A program made the position numbers and the translations under genes. Below, piece after piece: positions 1-12,325 of a stretch of 64,000 bases of DNA (position 1 is its first letter; each line of letters begins with the position of its first letter). The notes beneath the pieces are model-generated. The model saw only the letters and a program-made list of their open reading frames with translations. It did no database searches and was not told the origin of the DNA. Source of the DNA: Antedon mediterranea (Eukaryota; Animalia; Echinodermata); contig NC_092673.1 in the NCBI RefSeq assembly GCF_964355755.1, positions 24,549,648 to 24,613,647 on the forward strand, written 5' to 3'.

Positions 1-380
1 TAAACTTTTACATTTTCCCATTGTATACTATTGCTGTTTTACTTAATCGCCAGTTTCAAAATGTTTTCTAATGTATTCATAATAGACAAATAATATATCA
101 GTATCAGAATATTTAGTGTGGTTGGTGAAACGACAGTAGGCCTACTATGTAAAGAAAAATTTAAAAAGGAAAATAAATATTTCATTAACCAACGTATAAA
201 CCACTAACAAAAAAATCCTGCCACAACGTATCGTATTGATGCGCAACGTAAAGAAAATACTCATCTATCTATTTTGCATCCCCTCACGATCGAAAAGATC
301 ATTATGATGAACGTAAAGCAGAAACGGTGTGTTGAACACGTCGATTCCAACTTGTGATGACACGCAAGGTTATTTCTTTA

Positions 381-546
381 AGCTTGGTTCCCACTAGAAC
401 GTAACGCAAGAACGTACACGCAACGCAAGCGTTTTAACCAATGACAAGCGAAGTTATAGACAGTTAGCAATCAGAAGCGAATAAGCCATCGCTTGTGATT
501 GGTCAATTCACTTGCGTTGCGTTACGTCCTTGTGTTGCGTCGCTAG
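381..546. mobile_element. Palindromic MITE, Harbinger/Tourist-like (family H2)
   Basis: Begins TTA|AGCTTGGTTCCCACTAGAACGTAACGCAAG and is internally self-complementary; absent from the matching position of the opposite IR arm; relatives at 1748-1853 and 15140-15259. Confidence 0.75.
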
Positions 547-1747
547 ACCACGCATTACGGCGCACTTTGCGTGGATACGTTGCGTCGATCTGAAAACAAA
601 TTTCAGCTCTTAAAATATTTCCCGGGCCGATGACAGTTCGTCCCAATAGCTTACCGTGAACTAACGGAACTTTATTTTATATCTTTTTATTGTCAAAATC
701 AAAAATTATACTGTATTCAAATTAATAGGCCTACTGTAGAACGAACGATAAGCATCACATTCTGAAGATTTTGCTCGATCGTTAACCCGTTATAATAGTA
801 TATAATTCTCTTAGATTTGTTTGTGTAGTGTCAATTCTATATTTAAATGGTCAGTATACAACCGGTAACCTGTTTCTTCATTTTTTTTAAATTTATATTT
901 TCTTTTGTTAATGGCAGGGATATGCAAACATTTAGAAGCGGGACGTCGACAATCTGTTGAAAATCGGGAGACTGTTGAATAGTCGTCTCATCCCACAAGC
1001 CTGTGAGATAGAAGGTTGGGGGTTAGAGTGGTTAAGCCCGATAAAAATTCACCATCCTTAACAAAGACATGTATAGAGAGTAACTCTTTTTTTTGTATTC
1101 ACCACGGGCAATGCTTCAGAAGTCAGTTTTTTTACTTTGATGATAAGGACAATTGTGGTTGGCGGAACTGGAACTTCATTAAACTGTCTGGAACTGGAAA
1201 TGTCTTTTGACAGTGTCGGTAAACGTAATACCGATATAAATAAACACCCGTTTTAATATCGTCACTAATCACATGGCAACCGTAACAAAATCGACAATTT
1301 TGGAGCGAATATTTTTTATTTCAATCTTTGTTTTGAATGGCTTTTGTCTTTGTTAACGTTGACATAATGGCATAATTAAATGTTATTCTGAATTATGGAA
1401 GCCGTGAAACAGATGATATGTCGCAGGAAACGATCGATTATAACCAAAATTTGCAGAACGCTGATTCCTATATCGTTCGTTCTTTTTAGCTTTTTGTCAA
1501 ATCATAATTTGAATATGTTCTGTCAAATTTGGCCTGGAAATATTTTAAGAGCTGGAATTAGTTTCCAGATCCACGCAAAGTGCGCATTAAGAACAAACTT
1601 GCGTGTCCTCACAAGTGGGAACCGACGTGTTCAACACCGTTTATGCCTTACGTTCATCGTAATGATTCTCTCGTGAGGGGATGCAAAATAGAGTATTTTC
1701 TTATGTTGCGCGTCAATACGTTACGTTGCGGCAGGATGTTTTTGTTA

Positions 1748-1853
1748 GCTTATTCGCTTGTGATTGCTAACTGTCTATAACTTCGCTTGTCATTGGTTAA
1801 AACGCTTGCGTTGCGTTTACGTCCTTGTGTTACGTTCTAGTGGGAACCAAGCT
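1748..1853. mobile_element. Truncated copy of MITE family H2
   Basis: Reverse complement of 381-486, ending GGGAACCAAGCT|TTA; interrupts the right IR arm at a different site from the left-arm copy. Confidence 0.75.
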
Positions 1854-2619
1854 TTAGTTAGTGGTTCATACGTTGGTTAATGAAATATTTATTTTACTTT
1901 TTACATTTTTCTTCTTTACATATTACTGTCGCTTCACCAATCACACTAACCGATACTGATAATATTATTAATGTCCATTATTATTAGAAAAACATTTTTA
2001 AACTGGCGAATAATTAAATCAGCAATACTGCAGTATAGGCTAAAATGGGGAAAATGTAAACGTTTAAAATACTATACAGAATAATTAAAGGAAAATAAAT
2101 ATCTTATTGTATTTATTCATACATTTTAGATAATATGCAAATATTATAGATAATAAACATAATATCAACATATTTAAATGCAAAAAAAAAGGATCTCTAA
2201 GTTGTATTCACGCGTATAACATTTTTTAAAACAAGTGTAAAATCTATGATACGGACACTTTTTATATAGGCTCTAAAATTAGCCTAAATAGGGCTATCGC
2301 AATCCTTTACTTCTTATAATTTACATATTGTAGTTTATTTCTATACTTTTCTATACAATTTGGCTATGGTTTTAAATTGTAGGCATTGCATTCAATTCAA
2401 TGCTCTGTGCGATGTCCTTCTTGTGCGTCCGTCGCCTTGCAAATAGCGCGATGTGTTTGTTCGTAAAACCATATCACATATTAACTCCATTGGAGAATAC
2501 ACGTGAGCTTGTTCATAGATAAAGTCATGTTTTTTGATAACATAACGATTAAAATCGAAATATTTTTTTAGAATCTGTAAATTCAAGGTGTTATATATAT
2601 ATATATATGTTATATGATT

Positions 2620-2720
2620 TTGGTCCGATTTTGTGTACACTACCATTTCGTAGGGTCTTCGCTTTCGAGGTCTTCGGTCTTCGATCTTCGCTTTCGAGGT
2701 CTTCGCTTTCGACACACCCC
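2620..2720 (-). mobile_element. Probable DNA-transposon terminus with subterminal repeats
   Basis: Tandem CTTCGCTTTCGAGGT / CTTCG units ending GACACACCCC (GGGGTGTGTCGAAAGCGAAGACC on minus); abuts the left edge of the 2721-3329 duplication; superfamily not assignable. Confidence 0.5.
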
Positions 2721-4741
2721 TTCCTTATTGCAATTCTGTATTTCTTCCGTATTTTTAGTTGATTACTTTCTCCGAACACTGAAGAATAGGCCTATGTACA
2801 ATATAAATGTTATGAAATTGAATTAAACCTTGTTGCTATATATAAGATGGATTTCGGTCAGATACTTTTGTTTAACCTTTTCTTTGTAACTTCGTTTGGA
2901 ACGTATTATCCGTTTTGTCAAGTGGAACGAGAAGTGTTAGAAAGGGTAAGTTTACTATAGCTTAAGGAATTATGGCATGTCATCTGTGATGTATGTTAGG
3001 TAATAGGCCTACCGTAATTCCAATTTGATTAATAAACTAGAGATCAATTTGTATTGTGTATCGTTTACAATACATTACCGTACATCACGAAAATGATTTG
3101 TTTACATTTTCTTTCTGCAGTAAACAGTAAACAGCATTGTGACCAAATGCCCTTACGATTTAACAAAATATATTCCACAGATGAAATGAACCGGTATATA
3201 TGCAATCTATTTAGGTGTGATGGGCATAGACAACGTATTATATCTGATATATGTACTTGTGTGCAGAGTACACAAGGAAAGAAATGAAAACTAAAAGATA
3301 CTATGTTCCATAGAACATGAACCCAGTTATGACCTATAAATTAGGTCCATGGTTTAACCATCTTAAACTTAAAAGTGTAGAAAACAATAATTACACGATC
3401 ATTTTAACTTAATGAAAGAGCAGTAAGCACATTCAACCACAAATTAAAATATAATGATATACATTGTATATAACCACACTCATCATAATATCAACACTTG
3501 TATATACCGCCAAAAAAACATGAGGTCTATGTTGGCAGAATTTACTTACCGTTGAGTTGTATACTGTGTCTGTAGGCCTATGCTCTTTAAAGCATAACAT
3601 ATCATAGGCATTGTTATTAGATACAACAGTCACATAATATAAGAGAATACAATAAAAGGTCACTGCTGTAGAGGATAACATCATGAGTATTGATCAACAT
3701 AGGAACACCTTCTATGAACTGCATATACACTTCCTTATTACAATTCTGTATTTCTTCCGGTACTAATAACTCTCTCGAATTTAATTTATTTCCTTTAATA
3801 ATATATCCATAGGGTTTTTATTTTATTCTTATATGTTTTTTCTTTTGTAAGTAGTGCAGGTAAAGTATGACTGAAAACTACAGACGACAATTTTAAAAAT
3901 GAAGTATATAAAATGTCTTTGTTCAGAAAAAAGAGAGAGTATTTAAATTAAATTTTTTTTATGAATTTAAACTATTTTTTTACTGTGTTCTTGAGACAAA
4001 CAGTTATTTTTTTTAATAGGAATATTTTCTGAAAAATATACAATGAAGAAGGGAAAAATGTAATTCGTTTCCAGTACAGACTAACAAAAATCTACCAGGA
4101 AGATGACATCTCCTTGAATCTACCAAGTAGATTCTATTATTTCCTTCCTATATAATGACGTATTTTTAGTTGATTACTTTCTCCGAACACTGAAGAATAG
4201 GCCTATGTACAATATAAATGTTATGAAATTGAATTAAACCTTATTGCTATATATAAGATGGATTTCGGTCAGATACTTTTGTTTAACCTTTTCTTTGTAA
4301 CTTCGTTTGGAACGTATTATCCGTTTTGTCAAGTGGAACGTGAAGTGTTAGAAAGGGTAAGTTTACTATAGCTTAAGTAATTATGGCATATCGTCTGTGA
4401 TGTATGTTAGGTTATAGGCCTACCGTAATTCCAAATTGATTAATAAACTAGAGATCTATTTGTATTGTGTATCGTTTACAATACATTACCGTACATCACG
4501 AAAAATGATTTGTTTACATTTTCTTTCTGCAGTAAACAGTAAACAGCATTTTGACCAAATGCCCTTACGATTTAACAAAATATATTCCACAGATGAAATG
4601 AACCGGTATATATGCAATATATTTAGGTGTGATGGACATAGACAACGTATTATATCTGATATGTGTAATTGTGTGCAGAGTACACAAGGAAAGAAATGAA
4701 AACTAAAAGATACTATGTTCCATAGAACATGAACCCAGTTA
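2721..4741 (+). repeat. Recent direct duplication (~600 bp): 2721-3329 versus 3731-3759 + 4161-4741
   Basis: Near-identical copies, each carrying the 99-nt MDFGQILLFNLFFVTSFGTYYPFCQVEREVLER|GTAAG exon (2847-2945 and 4258-4356); copy 1 lacks ~400 bp present in copy 2, with CG microhomology at the junction. Confidence 0.9.
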
Positions 4742-7700
4742 GATGATTTTTTTTTAACTTTTGAACTTTAAGCTTTCAACACTCCATCAATTTTACACTA
4801 CTGACCAAGTTTGATTAAAATCAGCTCAGGTTAAACTTATTATTATTATAGCGTCCCCTATGCTAAATAATAAAAAATAGAAAATGAGAAAAAACTGATC
4901 CATTACGTATACTGCATCCAAAACATATTAGACCAGATAAGAAATGTTTTTACTATAGTAGCATTGGAGTATTGATGGAAAAAAAGAAAGGAACGGAATG
5001 GTTGAAAACAGAACACAGCCAGTCGAAGTTGACTTGGTAAAATAATAGTAATAGTAATCGTAGTGCTGACAACCTCAGTTAAACCAATTTCAATTACGAA
5101 ATAGAAATAATATTAATTAAAAGCTTGACTTTACTATAATTGTACAGATAGGAATGATTCTGTGCAAGACATGACTGCATGTATGTTTATTATTACGATT
5201 ACTAATTAATATTAATTTTTTTCTTAAAAAGAACGTTACAGATTTGATATCTGGTGATTTCAATATAACGGCAATAAATCCTGATAATGGTGAGCAAGAT
5301 GATCCAGTATTAATTACCGATCAGTCGTATGTCATCCACAATACTTGTAAGATGTGTTTTGATATTTTAACAAGCCTTCACATTTTGATTGGTTAGGTAC
5401 CGTATCACATATCGTTGTTTGCGCTATAACTGTACGGTAGTGCCTATACTTGCTATTTAAATGGTTGATTTTGTAGGCCTGTCACCTTTCCTACATTATT
5501 TTTTTTCACATTTTATTACAATATTTTTTCTCATTATATAATGATTGTACGCTCAGATCCTATTGAAGTTTCAAACTTGTGATATTACTGTTTCCACGAT
5601 TTTGAATACAGGTACATTAGATGTCTTTTTAACATTTCAAAATATACTTTTGAAGCATGTTATATTGAGTGAGGAGACTTACGGTTTTGAATGCACGTAC
5701 ACTGATCCAGGGGTTAAAACAAGTATCCCAACAATAGAATTAACCGAAGACAAAGCACGTAAGACTTTACATTATTTTCTCATTAGCTTCAGTGACATGG
5801 ATCCTCCTCTTCTACGTCGTAGAACTAAAGTCGAAAACCTTTTCAGCACCAAATAGCCTACTAAGGTGTTCGTTGTGAATTTTCTTCGATTGTGTAATGG
5901 CTTTGGCTTGCCTGATTTCCATACTTAAAATACGAGAGATTTTAATCCACGGATCACGATAGTACCGTCTTGTTGGAACAGCAAACAACATCTTTTTTGT
6001 AATTGATGTATTCGGTGAGTGAGTGGCCGAGCGGTTAAGACAGTGGAACCGTAATTACGTAGCCATAACATCGGCAGGGGTTCGAGGCTCACTCACTCCA
6101 TGGTTCTGGTGGTAGAACGAGTCTTCTCGGATAAGGACTATAAACCGTAGGTCCAGTGTTCACATCTAGCTCGTGTGCACTTTAAAGAACCTAGTACATC
6201 TTTCGAGACGAGTAGGGGGTTACCCCGGTGTATTAGTACATCACAGCCACTGATCACCAACTGGGCCCTCTGGGAGACCAGTCTTTGACTGAAGAGGTTA
6301 CCCAGTATAAATATAAATTTCAATTCAATTCAATTCGGTCCTCTACAGATATGACCAACGTATCGGATATACTGACTGTATATGCAGTCCCTCAAGGAAG
6401 ATGTTCCAACAATTTCACATATCCTTTTGTTGGAATATACAAGTCTGTAGATAGTATCCTACATGTTATGTTATGAAACTACTGTACCAGAAAAAAATGT
6501 GTACTTTAGAATAGATATGCAATGTGTTTAGTTGATTACTTATTGGTTCTATATTTCTTATATAAATTAATATTAAGCTATGTATTGTTTATATATATAT
6601 AGGTTTACAGAGGAAGCCTGTATATAAACTACATATATCATTTGAAAATATACATTCTGAGAGATTTATGGCTGGATCTTGCCCTTTTTTTGTAAATGAC
6701 TTCAATCTGGCAACTATTACTTTTAGAATGCAAGTGTTAGGTAAGCTGTTCATTTATTTTGTGACGCTGAGGTGGACACATGGGCCCAATAATAGTGAAA
6801 TAGACGTTCTACTTTATGTTCCAAGTATAAAACATGCAGCATTCTTATATTCATATTATTGTTAAGTTAAAAGTTATTAATATATAGCACTATTTCAGGT
6901 TGCCCCTATCGGAAGTACGGTTTAGATTGTAATCAACCGTGTAACTGCTCAAATGGAGTAAATTGTCACGGTTTTGATGGCACATGTTTATGTCCAAAGG
7001 GCTTTGAAAGTGACAGTTGTGAAAATCGTAAGCACAGTACCTTATTTGTTGTTTTGTTAAGATTACGTTTTTAAGGAAAATGACCGTTCGTACAACAGAA
7101 GTAATAACAAAGCTATATCTTCATAAAATAAGATGGAAAAAAAGAATTCCTAAGAATAATATCATACCAGGTTATCACAAATGTGGGATATAATTATTTT
7201 GCATTTATTAGGTATCAAATTGCGATTAATATTGACTTGAGTTTAAATTTATTATCACCGTATATGCACGTTCAATTGATTAACAATCCATCATTACTTA
7301 TTCAATAGTCAATCCTGTGCTGGATGTAAAATTTAATCAAAGGCATATCTACCTTCCATGGGGTTCGGATTACGACCTGGTGTGTACATCTCATGGATTG
7401 ACAAATGGTGATATACAGTGGACTAAGAATAACGAAAAGCTTTGGGCTGTCAACACGATTGTTCCAGAGAAATACTATCCTAAGTAAGTAATGTGAATTA
7501 AAAACTACTGTAATAATATGAACAATTTCGAGAAAACTTCAAGCAGTTCAGAGTTTGCAAACAAAGGTTCTCGAAGGTTTGCTAGTATAGAATAGGCTCA
7601 AAGTAAAACAATGGCTTTGTCGCACAGCAAAGTGAAATTCTTTATGCCTAGTATCACGTTGTTTTAGTGTTTTTTTCTCTCAAATAGGCAGCTGTGTAAC

Positions 7701-10700
7701 AGTAGTATAGAAATGACAATCTGCCGCATGCTCAGAAACAACATATTGATGTCAAACACGAAGAGTATGCAATTTCCCCCATGGTTTATTATATTAAAAT
7801 GTCTGTAAATACTCAACCGCAAAATTTTGATTGATTGATTGATTGATTGAAACTGTAATTGAACTGGTTGCAGTATTCTAACTCTTCTAGATGTGCATAT
7901 TATTATATACATACATATATATTGGATATTTTGTGTAATTTCAATGGTATTTTTCTCTAACTAGACCTGTCAAATCTGTACATCAGCTACAAAATGTGAC
8001 AACTGAGCACAATGGTGTCTATACATGTGAAACCACAAATGATACATCTGTATCCTTAAAAACTACCGTCAATATTAATGTGCTAGGTAACGTTACAGTG
8101 TCTTTCAATTGTCTCAATTTGTTTACATATATTTCGGATACTATTCTGATATCCTGTTTTCAACTCCAAAGTTACCTTCCCCTTACATGATACGTATCAT
8201 CCATTGTCGGGCTTTACTTTACTGACACTGTCACCCCACGTCTCGATGATCCCGAATAAACAGCAGAAGTCTGAAACAATTTTAGTTGTTTGAAATTAAT
8301 TTGAAATCTGGTTATTTTTTTATTTTTTTTCAAAAAGAAAAAGTCGTAAGAAATAATAATAATAATAATAACAATAATAATGTGTTAATTTTAAATTGAA
8401 AATGAAGGAAATACATGTCTATTTGACTTTAATTGAAACAAGTGACGTAAAACTACATTTTTATGAAAAATGATATAGTAATTTTTCTTTTCAGAAATTC
8501 CTACTCCATTTATCGAAGGACCTAACATTCAATCAGTCTTGATAGGTGACAACATTACAATAACGTGTCGAGTTAAAGAACCTGTCGAAATCGCTTTTTG
8601 GAAGAAAGGCCAAGCAAATTCCAAGTTGTTTTCAATAATCAACTCGACCAACACAATGTTTATCAAGAATAATCCGGACGATGGGCTATATAAACTAACA
8701 ATTCTCAACGTTACTCTACTGGACGAATCTGAATATAGGTGTTATTTTGGACGTGATTTTCTTGACGTTAATTTAACGTTTGCTGAGTCACATGTCATTG
8801 TTAATGTTAATCCTTTAAAACCTTTCCCGTCAATCTACAAGCATGATAGTCTATCAACGGAAATTAAGTTACCTGTACTTGATATATATGACGTCAGCAA
8901 TGGTGACATTATCAACATGAGATGTGAAGTTAACCTCAGTAAACCAGTCGTCGAACTATCATGGTTTCTTGATGGTTCACCTTTTATGGAATCTAATAAA
9001 TATGTAGAAACTGATGATAATTTACTATTTAATACGTCTATTGAGTTTTTGAAAACTGCTACAGTAAGTGACAACAATAGAGTGGTAACATGTGTTGCAG
9101 AAAACTCCATAATTTTAAAGGAGAATAAAACAGTATACCTGAATGTTACATGTAAGGACTATTATATTTTAGGTTTATTATTGTACCTTATTATATAATT
9201 GTTGTAGAAGTCGTATAACGTCGGCGTCGTTATACAATACCTAAATAGACTCTAATATAACATTTGCTTTTTGTTTAACTTACATTAGGCCCTAAGTTTT
9301 ATTTAAAAACTCTACTTAAGTTTTTGATACAATTTCTTCTTCTTTTCTTAACTTTCTTTGTCTGAGTTAAGCTATAGGACGTGTTTTGTGTTTGTCTTTT
9401 TCCTAAACAAAGCAACTATTTCTAAAACAGCTTTTGAATAACTATAATGATTGAAACAGGCCCTAGTTTATTAATATTTTCTGTTCTTAGATAAACCGGT
9501 GGTTGAGATAGATCCGGAAAGCGCTAGCATAACTGAAGGAGAGGATCTCACGTTCACATGCAGCTCAAATTCAAATCCAATGCCTTCTTCCTATGTATGG
9601 TTTGTTAATCTATCTAATGGAACGAAATTAATTAATCAAAATCCAGTTTTGAAGTTTAGTAGTGTTACAACCGATTTCAACAATGCAAAATTAAGATGTG
9701 AAGTAGAAAACTCAATTGGAAAGTCATATGCTGACGTCACAAATGTGACTGTGAAAAGTAAGTTTGAGATATTTAACAATATTTTTGTTATTCAATTTTT
9801 TAAATATTTATTTTGATTGATTTAGTATTTGCATAAACTTATATATAAGATAATATACACTAAACATAATTTGTTGCAAAAAAGGCGCCCCCTAGAAGTA
9901 AACTCGTGGAAATATCATGATACAAATCATTAATTACATTAATGTACTCTTTCTTTTTAGGAATTGAAATATCGTTAAAAATTATATTACCCTGTTCAGT
10001 GGTTGCGGCAGTTGTTTGTGTCGCCATACTCTCACTGATTGTGTACAAATATAGATTCAGAATCAGAATGATGCAGGCTCGCCAAAATGTCTACAAAAAC
10101 AGAGGTTTGAAAAATAAATCGTTTATTTTTCATAATCATCCTATTATCATCATATATTTCGTCATCATATTATGATTCGTCGATAACTCAATCAATATGA
10201 TTTTAGTGGCCCTTTTCTATTATGTTTAATAGCCTGATGATTCATTTTCGATCAATCAATATTCCTTTATTACAATTAAGCAAAAACTACCAACTTTTCA
10301 TTTACATTTTATTTACAGAAGGAGATAAAGAATTTGATTTCTTCATTGCTTATAAATCTGGAGGAGGTGACGAAGATTTTGTGATAAATGTCCTGACACC
10401 AAAATTGGAAGAAATGGGATTCAAAATCTGTGTTCATTTCAAGAACTTCTTACCGGGTAGTAGTGAGTAGTTTTACCCCCTTCTTTTGTCCACAATGTAG
10501 TCATGAGTGTATTTAAAAACTGTGTAACAAATACATTTTTAAAAACTGTAATTACCAAGGTAGACCTAGTCTATACAATTAAGATTGTGTTCAATATGAG
10601 GAAACTTATACGCACAACCGAGCATGAGCTCTGATTGGTTGTAAAGTTTTCCGCAGTGAACATTTTATTTTCAACATTCAAATACGCTGTGCCAATTATA

Positions 10701-11183
10701 CAAGGGCAGGTGAGACATATAATAAACAATTATAGAATCAATTAATGACTCGACAAATGTATACTTTAATTCCGAAAAGAACTGAGAAAACATTTCTATT
10801 CTTGTCTTTTAGCCATTATAGATAACATCACAGAGGCGGTACATAACAGCTGGAAGACAATACTCGTACTTTCGCCTGCTTTCCTTGAGAGCGGCTGGTG
10901 TCAATACGAATTCGAAACTGCATTGGGTAACATGCTCAATCAACGAGCTGATATACTGCCGATAATTTACGAAAATGTATTAAACTTACCGAACTTGGAC
11001 AAGAACATACAAAGTTTGTTGAAGACCATTACTTACCTTAATTGGAATGGCGGCAATATTGACGAGGATCAGAAGATACGCTTCTGGAAAGACATCGAGA
11101 AGAACGCGCCACCACGAACAGCAGGACAGATGGCAGACAATAACAATGAGGTCCAAGAAGCAGTAGAATTAAAAGAAATCTAA
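4258..11183 (+). CDS. Ig/EGF/TIR type I membrane receptor (IL-1 receptor-like, Tie-like ectodomain), ~870 aa; 5' exons uncertain
   Basis: Phase-compatible GT-AG exons: 4258-4356, 5232-5346, 5612-5758, 6349-6453, 6603-6740, 6899-7027 (EGF: CPYRKYGLDCNQPCNCSNGVNCHGFDGTCLCPKGFESDSC), 7309-7483 + 7965-8086 (Ig: LVC..IQW..GVYTC), 8495-9151 (two Ig), 9491-9757 (Ig), 9961-10104 (TM IILPCSVVAAVVCVAILSLIV), 10319-10462 and 10813-11183 (TIR: FDFFIAYKS, ICVHFKNFLPG, ILVLSPAFLESGWCQYEF, RFW). Total 2613 nt in frame. From 6899 onward the model is solid. Confidence 0.85.
6017..6332 (+). mobile_element. Full-length tRNA-derived SINE with Deu/Nin-type core (family S1, tail A)
   Basis: A box GTGGCCGAGCGG, B box GGTTCGAGGC; core CGGATAAGGACTATAAACCGTAGGTCC...TTAAAGAACC...GAGTAGGGGGTTACCCCGGTGT; (TTCAA)n tail; TSD ATTCGGT at 6010-6016 and 6333-6339. 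Confidence 0.9.
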
Positions 11184-11236
11184 TGCAAAGTTGTACGTGG
11201 AAAATACCACTGAACATGATAGCTACAATAGTTCAT

Positions 11237-11401
11237 GCTCTGTCTACACTATCAAAATAGTTTGACAAAAAACAAGTGTGATTTGCCCAAATATGGTAGT
11301 GATATGCCCAAATATGTAAGTGTTATGACATCATCTTGCCCATATAATGGGTAAACCCCCGTTTTGTTTTGTCACATAAAGTTTGATAGTGCAGACAAAG
11401 C
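11237..11401. mobile_element. MITE family H1 (Harbinger/Tourist-like, ~160 bp) in receptor 3' UTR
   Basis: TIR (A)GCTCTGTCTACACTATCAAA, internal ~20-bp GCCCAAATATGGTAGTGATAT repeats; family copies flanked by TWA; ~15 copies in window. Confidence 0.85.
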
Positions 11402-12298
11402 CTTAGACTAGCATTATATGCTCGAAGTAGATTAGATAGTTGGCTTATAGCTTATTAGTGATACTTAACATTGTAAAAAGCAAATTCGTTACTTAGAGAT
11501 GTTTAGAGATGCAATGTTGACCGAAGCAGTAACTTTTTAAAAGAGCTACATTTTAAATAATTGTCCAAACTCAACCGTCATCAATTACATAAATGTAATT
11601 AATACACTGCAAGTCAGATATTTGAATTTAATTTTTAAGTAACAATTCTAATTAACAGGTGAATATGATGAAGGTAATAATTAGCCGCGCCTACTGAAAC
11701 ATTCAGTTCCTATTTTAATGTTTTAATTTGATAAAATGAACGTTTTTTATAATATTTGAATTAATTGGTGTTAGGGTTAAATTTTCATTAGTTTTATTTG
11801 AATAGCCATTGTTATGTTATGTCTTTCATTTTTATGTGGGTTTCAATGTATTATGTAAAATGTGTGTATTTTGTAATGCAACTTATTTTAGCTCCGACTG
11901 CTGACGTTTTGCAAAATATTTCCCGAAATAACTATTATTAGCCTATATATTCGTTAATCCACAACGTGTTACTCGTAGCTCTTTTTGGTACTCATTTTTA
12001 TATTCGTCGCTGCAAATAATGCACTGAACAGAATCTTCTTTTCAATCATATATCCCACGTGTTACCAGAACTAATTATCCGCTAAAATTCGTTAAAATTA
12101 GTTCTTTTAAAACCAAATTAATAAATTATCTCAATATAATATAATTTTGATGTAATTGAAAGTGTTTCTAGGCCTAGTTTTTGTTGCTTTCTTGTAGATG
12201 CTTTAATTGTAGAATGTAATTATCTTGTTTATTGATATGCACTGTTTGGAATGACCAACTAGCTGTTTGGCCTTTCATTGCCTCTTATATTTCGTTTG

Positions 12299-12325
12299 AA
12301 TAAATAAATTTAAAAAATAAATAAA
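12299..12325 (+). terminator. Probable poly(A) signal cluster of the TIR receptor gene
   Basis: Overlapping AATAAA hexamers followed by a GTGTTT element, ~1.1 kb after the stop. Confidence 0.5.

Larger units (their letters stand above)
1..2066. repeat. Large degenerate inverted repeat (arms ~1-782 and ~1430-2066, ~650 bp spacer); foldback-like element or inverted pair of one repeat
   Basis: 1-208 is the approximate reverse complement of 1858-2066; 210-378 of 1586-1745; 552-635 of 1520-1590; 738-782 of 1430-1483. The left arm may continue beyond the window start. Confidence 0.85.

Noticed and set aside
2392-2826. Overlapping ORFs 2392-2715, 2591-2779 and 2614-2826 with repeated SKAKT/ESED motifs
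   Set aside because: They read through the subterminal repeats of a transposon-like end and a TA microsatellite; no domain or splice support
3054-4699. Paralogous ORFs 3054-3287 and 4436-4699 as a small gene pair
   Set aside because: Similarity is explained by the recent DNA duplication; starts are non-ATG and no phase-compatible joining to the receptor exons was found
6017-6095. tRNA genes at SINE heads (also ~16042, ~24540, ~56895, ~58993)
   Set aside because: A/B boxes are present but there is no intact cloverleaf, and each continues into a shared SINE body and tail
8835-9110. Antisense ORFs over real exons (also 19411-19617, 29517-29760, 36124-36330, 39858-40073, 45315-45575)
   Set aside because: Shadow frames of + strand coding sequence with no independent features
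10895-10915. TIR WCQYE glutamate as evidence of a SARM1/plant-type NADase
   Set aside because: The same WCxxE motif occurs in scaffold TLR and IL-1R TIRs; the TM-receptor context and BB-loop Pro favour adaptor signalling, and only an NAD+ cleavage assay would decide
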